From positions 32,001 to 96,000 of the IMG/VR virus record IMGVR_UViG_3300013426_000016: a stretch of 64,000 nucleotides of DNA; one strand, given 5' to 3'. The DNA comes from a virus (lineage: Duplodnaviria; Caudoviricetes). Made by a program: the position numbers and the translations under genes. Below the pieces are notes generated by a model that worked only from the letters and a program-made list of their open reading frames with translations, searched no databases and was not told where the DNA came from. Shown here piece by piece: positions 57,101 to 64,000 of the stretch; within the stretch, counting starts at the first letter, position 1; each line of letters opens with the position of its first letter.

Positions 57101-60100
57101 GAGTTGTTTTCCAAACGAGCTTGTAAAGCAGTACATCTACCAGCACCGTCTTGAGAATCGATAGTACTTTCCACTCCCTTTGGAGTAGCAACAGCAGCTT
57201 TTCTATCTTTAACTATAGCTATATGTATTTTTTCTGTTACTCCATTTGCTTTACCTTCTTCATTTAAAATTCCTTGTGCAAAAGAGTGTATAGTAGAACC
57301 ATTAATTACAGAACGCTTAATCTGATTTACATATCGACTTGCTTCTGAGAACTCTAAATAATTATCAGCATCTTTCGTTTTATTTTTATTTGGATGTGCC
57401 CACAATTCTCCTAAAGTTAAGGTATTATACTCACCATTTAAAATTAAATTTAAATAGAAATAAGTATTAGCTATACTATGTATCTCCCCATCTTTATTTA
57501 TAAAAGAAAACTCTTTAGTATTCGGATTATAAAAACCATTATAATCTTTACGATTAGCAGGTTTCCAATTAATTAAAAGATCAAAATATGAACTTTTATC
57601 GTCTCTATTAGACTTACGTTTTAAAGAGTCATCAAATCCATTTAAAATAGTAGAAGCTAAATTTCTCTTTTCCTTTGCTTTCAAGAAATTTATTCTTGTT
57701 TCCCAATTCTCTTTAGAAGAAGATGCATTTAAGAAATTATAAAAGGTTTCGTTAATACTAACTTTCTTAGTTAAATTGTTTGTAGAAGCGTGTACTTCTT
57801 CTTTAAAATTTACACCAGCATCTAAGAAAGCTTTACGCAAATCATCTACAGATCTAAAGTTTTCTGAAATATATTTATTAATCTCAGAAAGAGCTTTTAA
57901 AGCATTTTTAGCGTTAGTATCACCATCACTGGTTAAAGCCAAAGGTTTAAATACAGAAGGAAAAACTTCTGCATAATCATGTATAAGATTTCTAGCAACA
58001 AGTACATGTCTATCCCTCTTTAAGATTCTAGCTACTTCTTGCAACTTTTCCCCATTATCATTTAAAGATTCTGTTATAATATCTTTAAGTGTTTTTCCAG
58101 TGCCAAATATAGAACTGAATACTGCATTCTTAATGGTTTTATTTAATCTCCACCCCGGCAAGAAATGTCTTGCTTTATCAGAGAAAACTGCATTTTGTAA
58201 ATAAATACCATTATCTATATCAGAACCTCCAAGCAAATAAGGAAAAAAGAAATCATCAAGAATCTGCATTTTATTAAGTTCTTGCTGATTTAAAACAACT
58301 GCGGATTTAATTTTTCCATTTACTTCAACTTCATTTCTAATCTGAGGAAGAAGGAGTAAATCTTCATCGGAAAATAAAACATTATTTATTTGTGAAGTAA
58401 TAGGATTATTTTTAGCATCATATAAACAGCTCTGCCAGTTATATTCAAGACTAGTTAATTGGAATAAAGGTAATTTACTACCAGAAAGACTAGAAACAAC
58501 ACTTTTAACAGAATCACCATAAATAATACCAAGCCTCTCTCCTATTTTCAAAAATGTATTATTAAAAGACTTAATATTAATAGTACCATCCATATTATAT
58601 ATATTAGACGGTAAAAGCCCATATTTTCCCTTGGTTCTTTGTAATGCTAATTTACTGCCTATAATTACAAACGGAAGAAAGTCATTTTCCCATTTATAAT
58701 TAGTCTCTCCCATACAAGTAGCATAATCTTCCGGTAAAGTATAAGAAAAAGCATCCTGTAAAAAATCCTTTAAAATATCAGTATTTTCAGTAGTGTTACC
58801 CACTTCTATTTTATTTCCTATTTTATAATCTACAGAAAATGTTCTACCAGTTTCAGTAGTAAGAGACAACTGTTCTACGTCTCCATTTCTTGTAATTATA
58901 GGATTGTATTTAGAAATAATATTGTCAGCTACGTTAGTACTATGAATGGTATTAAATCCTCCGTTTACTATATTTTGAATAGCAAACTTTTGAGTAAGAA
59001 TCATTTTAGACTCTAAGGACTTTGCTCCAAACATACCTGTTTCATCAGTTTGATAAACTCTATAACTGGTAGGTTCTGTTTTATAAAACATTCTGCTGAA
59101 CATGTTTTTCACATAAGCAGGAGTTCTATCTCCAAATAAGAAATAATTTATACCTCTAAGTTTATTATGTATATAAGTCTGTCTAAACCTACTAAAGTCT
59201 GAAGTAGATTTGCTATTTACAGTATTAATAGAAACAAAAGCATCTATTAAATTAGACAGATTATAGGGATTATTCGGGTCTAAGAATGCACTCTCTCCTT
59301 TATGAAAACTCTCTCTGAATTTATAGGTATCTTCTCCAAATTGAGTAGTATAGAGTAATGCTTGTTTTAAAGTTTCCATTGCTCCATTATATCCAGCAGT
59401 TCCTATATAAGAAGGTAAAATACGTCCTTTAGCATCTATTTCTGGAACTAAAGAAAGAATAGTACCAGCTAGATTACTTACTTGTTTCATTATATCCGCA
59501 CTTTCATCTTTTCCGGAGTAACCAGAATAATGTTCTACCTTAGGCACTAAAGAGTATTTCGTAACACCCTCTATACCAGCTTTTAAATAACTAGGATCTA
59601 TTTTAATATAAGGACTATTATTTTGAAGTAGTGAATCAAAGTTCTTTAAAATCACATAAGCATTATATACATCTCCTTCAGAAGTAGGATTGTCATGCAA
59701 ATATTCACCGTATGCTGTAAGAACAGTATTAATAGCATTTGTCACTTCCTCATCTGAAGAATCTATATTTAAATTAGCAGGTTCGATTTTTAATGCTGCT
59801 GTAATTAAATTAAGAAGATCATTCTTAAAATTTAATATGTTTTCTTGTGCTATAGTGATATTTGTACCCTCTACAAATGCATTTCCATCTATAAAATCAT
59901 ACTCCCCATTATTTAAATTAATAGACAAAATTGTATTTGCTAAAATTCTTTCTTTAAAGAAACTCTTTAGTTGATTATACTTTGCAGTATCAGCAAAATA
60001 AGAGCCTACATCATTTTCATCTATATCTAATTGAATACTTGTTACGGGAGTTTTAGAAGAAGGGGGAGGTGTAACAGTCTCCCCCTTAATCCAATTCTTA

Positions 60101-60234
60101 ACAGTATTCAGAGCAACTTCGGGATCAGTGAACGCTTTTGCGAACTCTTCTCCCAATCTTTCTGGATCGTTTTTATATGCTTCATATAAAGCATAAGCAC
60201 GAATAAAAAGTTTGTCAGAATATTTACACTGCAT
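51181..60234 (-). CDS. crAss-like virion RNA polymerase (two-barrel) with C-terminal zincin-like motif (3017 aa, code 4)
   Basis: SQDG, ARIPTQ, catalytic GSDYDIDKL, HELSH; two TGA join three track ORFs with stop-free linkers. Confidence 0.9.
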
Positions 60235-60249
60235 AATTTTTATTTAAAT

Positions 60250-63200
60250 TTAACAACTCATAATTTCTTCAAATTTAGCAATTTTTTCTGCGATTTCAAA
60301 ATCAGAAGCAATAGTAGAAAGTACTTTAGAACGCATTCCCTTTAAGTCCTTAGGCTGTATATTAAAGAGTCTATAAGCAATATATTCTTCCCCAGTATAA
60401 TACATAGCAGAATTAACTATATCGCCCTCACCCTTTTTAAATACATAATTCTTATATCCATTTTCTGTATAATAAAAGGCATTTCTACTACCTATAAATA
60501 AATTGGAAACCCTCCGCTCAAATGGATTCATACTATCTATAAAATAAGTTTCTTCTTCATAAAGTATATCCATACCATAAGTCTCTTTAAACCAGGACTT
60601 TATATTATTCTCATCAGTAAATGTTATTTTAAATTCTCCATTCTCTTCTACTATTTGAGCATATAACCAAGTATTACTCTTCTTCTTTAATTGTATATTA
60701 GCATCTTCGATAGAAGAAGCCGTTATATTAAGATTATTATCATTTATAAACTTCTGAAGAGGACTAATAGTAGGAGCTGGACTAACCTTTGGTGCAAGAG
60801 CAGGGCTTGGTTCTGGTGCAGGTGTAGGAGCAGGTTTAGCTGCTGGCTTACTTGGATTTCCAGTCTTTATATTAACTGCATAAGTACGCATACTCTGTAT
60901 TTCTGCATTAACATAATAAATCTTATTTCCTGGGTCTAAAATAGTATAATAAGAATTAGGTGCAGCACTGTCTTTAATACCTTTATCGTCCAAGAAAATA
61001 CCGTATTTTGCCACATTGTTAGTGATAGCTTTAGAGATATTCTCTTTTTCATTAGGTGCTATATTTTCGGAAATAAAAGCAAGCGTTCAATTAGAAGAGT
61101 AATTGTGATCATAATGAATTACATTTCCATTTTTTGTATAATCATGCATACCACGTAAAGTGATGGCTGGAATATTATTTTCATTATAATCTTTAAAAGC
61201 AGCTTTAAATAAGAGTTCAAAGTTTATAACTTCTCCTGCTTTAGGGCCAACTTTACCTAAAGAACGTAATTTACCGCTGTCTAAAGTAACCCAATGTAGT
61301 TCTCCATTAATATTTCCTATACTTACTTTATTCTTTCCAAGAGTAATATCTAACCAATGAACGTCTTTATGTCCATTCTGATTTAAAGGATTTAAGAAGC
61401 CAGATAACGCAAAAGCTGTATTTTTACTATATAAAGCACAAATACCAACTATAGCATCTGTTTTATTTTTAGAAATCAGTTGTCGTATTTTACCCTTTTC
61501 TCCATCGCTCCTAAGTAAAGTAGCATTTGCTATAGCTTCGATAGGTGCGGTATCTCCAGATTCTCCATTAGTACTAATTAAAACCTCTTTATTTGAAGAA
61601 TAACCTGCTAGTTTTCTATACTGATTAATAGCTTCTAATAAAGTATCGAAATCTACTAAACTTTGAATACCGACTAAAGTATACTCTTGATAATCAGTAA
61701 CAGACTTTCCATCAGCATCAGTTTTAAATACTCCATGCTCTGTATCTGAATCCAAAATCTTTTCTTTAATGGCAAGTTCACAAGTAATAGGACACATTAC
61801 TTTACCATTATTTTCTCGAACATATTTAGCGGTACGTTCATCCAAATTACTTAAAGAATCTTCAGAATGTACAGTAATAACTCCAGATTTTTCTCCAGCA
61901 TAAAAACCATTTTCTTTTAAGAAATCATTTAAAGGAATATGAGTAGTAGCTTCTTTAGTTATACTATCAGGTTTTACCAAGTCTATAGTACCTTTATATT
62001 CCCCAAAGTAAGAATTCCCTTGTATAAGTAATACCGGAATATCGAAATAATTTCCATTTGCACTATAAAAACGATAACTAATTAAACTTAAATCTTTTTC
62101 ATATGGACTTATCCAAGTTGTTGTATAACCTCCATTTAAGAAGGTTTTTAAAGCCATATCTATATAAAGGTTTTTAGTAGTTACTACAGATGGATCATAT
62201 AAACCAGTTCTTACATAAGAACCGATTCTTTCCACAAAATTATTTCAAACCAACGGGTCTTTAAAACCATCCGCTAATTCTGGGACAGTTCTAATATCCT
62301 TATATGAATTTTCTTGTCCATCCCATTTAAGTCCAAATGCATTAATCCGTGGATAATAAAAAGCTCTGCCAATAAAGTCTCCTTTTTTAGCCTTTCTTAA
62401 TTGTCCATTAAAACTTACATCTAAGTCCAAAGGAGTAAGTTTACCAAGTTCTTCAAAAATCTCTTTACTTCCTTTATATGGAGAAGCAAACATTTTATTT
62501 AGAACATTTAAACCAGGTTGTCCATAAACACGAGAAACTATTTTTTCTAGTTTTCTATGCACTGGATTTAATGGGTTCTTCAAATCATCTAAAGATAAAG
62601 AAGAATCTATACTCTTTTTCAACTCTCTTCCAATATAAGGAAAACTATTATCAAGAAGAGCATAAAACTCGCTCGAAGTAGTTATCCCCTCTGAAGAATT
62701 AAAGTAAGCTTCAAAACCAGAAAGCTTCTTTCTCTTTGGTTTTGCAGGAGGAACTTGCGGAGGAGGCGTTATTTCTCCTGTTTCTGGAGGAGGTGTAGTT
62801 CCTTCTATTTCCGCTTTCAAACTATCCAAATACCCTTGGTCATCAATAGGAGAAGACTCTGGTGCAGAATTAACTGAAACTGGAGTTGCTGCTCCATACA
62901 TTTGGTTTATATACTCTTCAAAATCTTTCTGTTGTGCTTCAGCATCAGAAGTAGGTGTTCCTTCATCAGTACCACTTTCAGTAGTAACAGATGTATTTGG
63001 AGCAGCAGTCTGAACTGTAGGAACATTTGTTGGGGTTGTAGGAGTATTTGTAGTAGTATTTGTAGTAGGAGTGGTAGCATTTGTAGCAGCAGTAACATTT
63101 GCAGTAGGAGTAGGCGTTGTAGAAGCAGGTGTAACAGAAGAAGGGATATTACTGTCCTCAAAAAGTTTTGGGAATTCTTGTCCCATATAAGGCTGTAAAA

Positions 63201-63999
63201 CATCTTCCATCCACTTCATAAAGGAATCTCTTTCTGTATCTGAAATTATAGACACTTGTGCTTTAGTTTCATCTGGAACAAAATTAAAGAGACTATCTCC
63301 TTCTATTTTAATTACAGATCCTTTTCTAGAACGCTGAGTAATAGTATACAAGTCTTGTGTAAATAAATATGAATCTATCTTCCCATTTCTAGAATCAACC
63401 TCTTTAAAGTCTACATCAGAAATAACATAATCATATTCTCCACCAGCACGCTTTTCGTAAGGAATAGTAAATACTTTTCCTGGTACTTCAAACTGCTTGT
63501 ATTTATTTGTTCCTGTATAAATAATACCTACCGTACCCAACTTAGAAAGATTATTTATATAAGTCTCTAAGTCTTTAGAAGAAGATACTTTCATATCTCC
63601 AAATACTTCTCCAGTGTTTTTATCCTCCCAATAATATAAGTCTCGTGATTTTAAATTACTATTAAGAAGATTACTTCTTTCTGATAATGGCATTTCTGGA
63701 TGCTCTGTTGCTATATTAATTACGGCATCTAAAGCATTAGCCATTAAATTAGTATTTTCCTTCTTAGCGAGGGTCTGAGCACGCATAGAAGTGGTTAAAG
63801 TAGGAGTTTTTACAAAATAAGTATCCTCTAAACCAGAAGTTCTAAACTCTGTTTTACCTTCATTTTTAGCTCTAAAAGTAGTACTCGGTTGTTTTAAATC
63901 CCCCATACCAATGATAAAAATACCATGTCGTTGGGCATCAGCACTTAAACGAGTTAATTCAGCTTCAGAAAGAGTTTCTATTTCATCTACTACCAATAA
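60250..63999 (-). CDS. giant virion-associated protein with SF1-helicase-like motifs, 5'-partial (code 4)
   Basis: VVDE, GDLKQ, SMR, GGEYDYV, YTITQRSR; three track ORFs joined by TGA; frame open at the window edge. Confidence 0.8.
62740..63150 (-). repeat. Thr/Pro-rich low-complexity coding linker
   Basis: TTPTPTANVTAATNATTPTTNTTTNTPTTPT...TPPPETGEITPPPQVPP. Confidence 0.7.
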
Positions 64000-64000
64000 T

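Noticed and set aside
1-64000. CRISPR array or diversity-generating retroelement
   Set aside because: No regularly spaced repeats, reverse transcriptase motif or template/variable repeat pair was seen by eye.

Overview
This AT-rich 64 kb window comes from a crAss-like (Crassvirales) Bacteroidetes phage, probably of the intron-rich, stop-recoded 'zeta'-type lineage. The supplied code-11 ORF track is badly fragmented because TGA is read as Trp (code 4). Conserved Trp residues of RNase H, PolA, primase, DnaB and NrdG are TGA, and a tRNA with a UCA anticodon lies at 6494-6567. The + strand (1-46.5 kb) carries accessory genes (phosphoesterase, IMPDH/GMP-reductase-like, PcfJ, AAA+, GroEL, MgtC). 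It then carries a replication block (RNase H, PolA, SF2 helicase, DnaB, AAA ATPase, SSB, primase, resolvase, exonuclease) and nucleotide/RNA metabolism genes (NrdD/NrdG, FTR, dUTPase, RNA ligase, PNK, thioredoxin, ThyX, dNMP kinase). Seven group I introns (six carrying homing endonucleases) and one intein interrupt the helicase, AAA ATPase and NrdD, mostly at conserved motifs. Beyond a bidirectional terminator, the - strand carries three giant genes, including a ~3017-aa virion RNA polymerase. The most notable observations are a candidate minimal HDV-like self-cleaving ribozyme at 2179-2233 that is not attached to a tRNA, and a strong concentration of recoded TGA codons in replication genes, suggesting suppressor-tRNA gating of replication. 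All calls were made by eye, without database searches.
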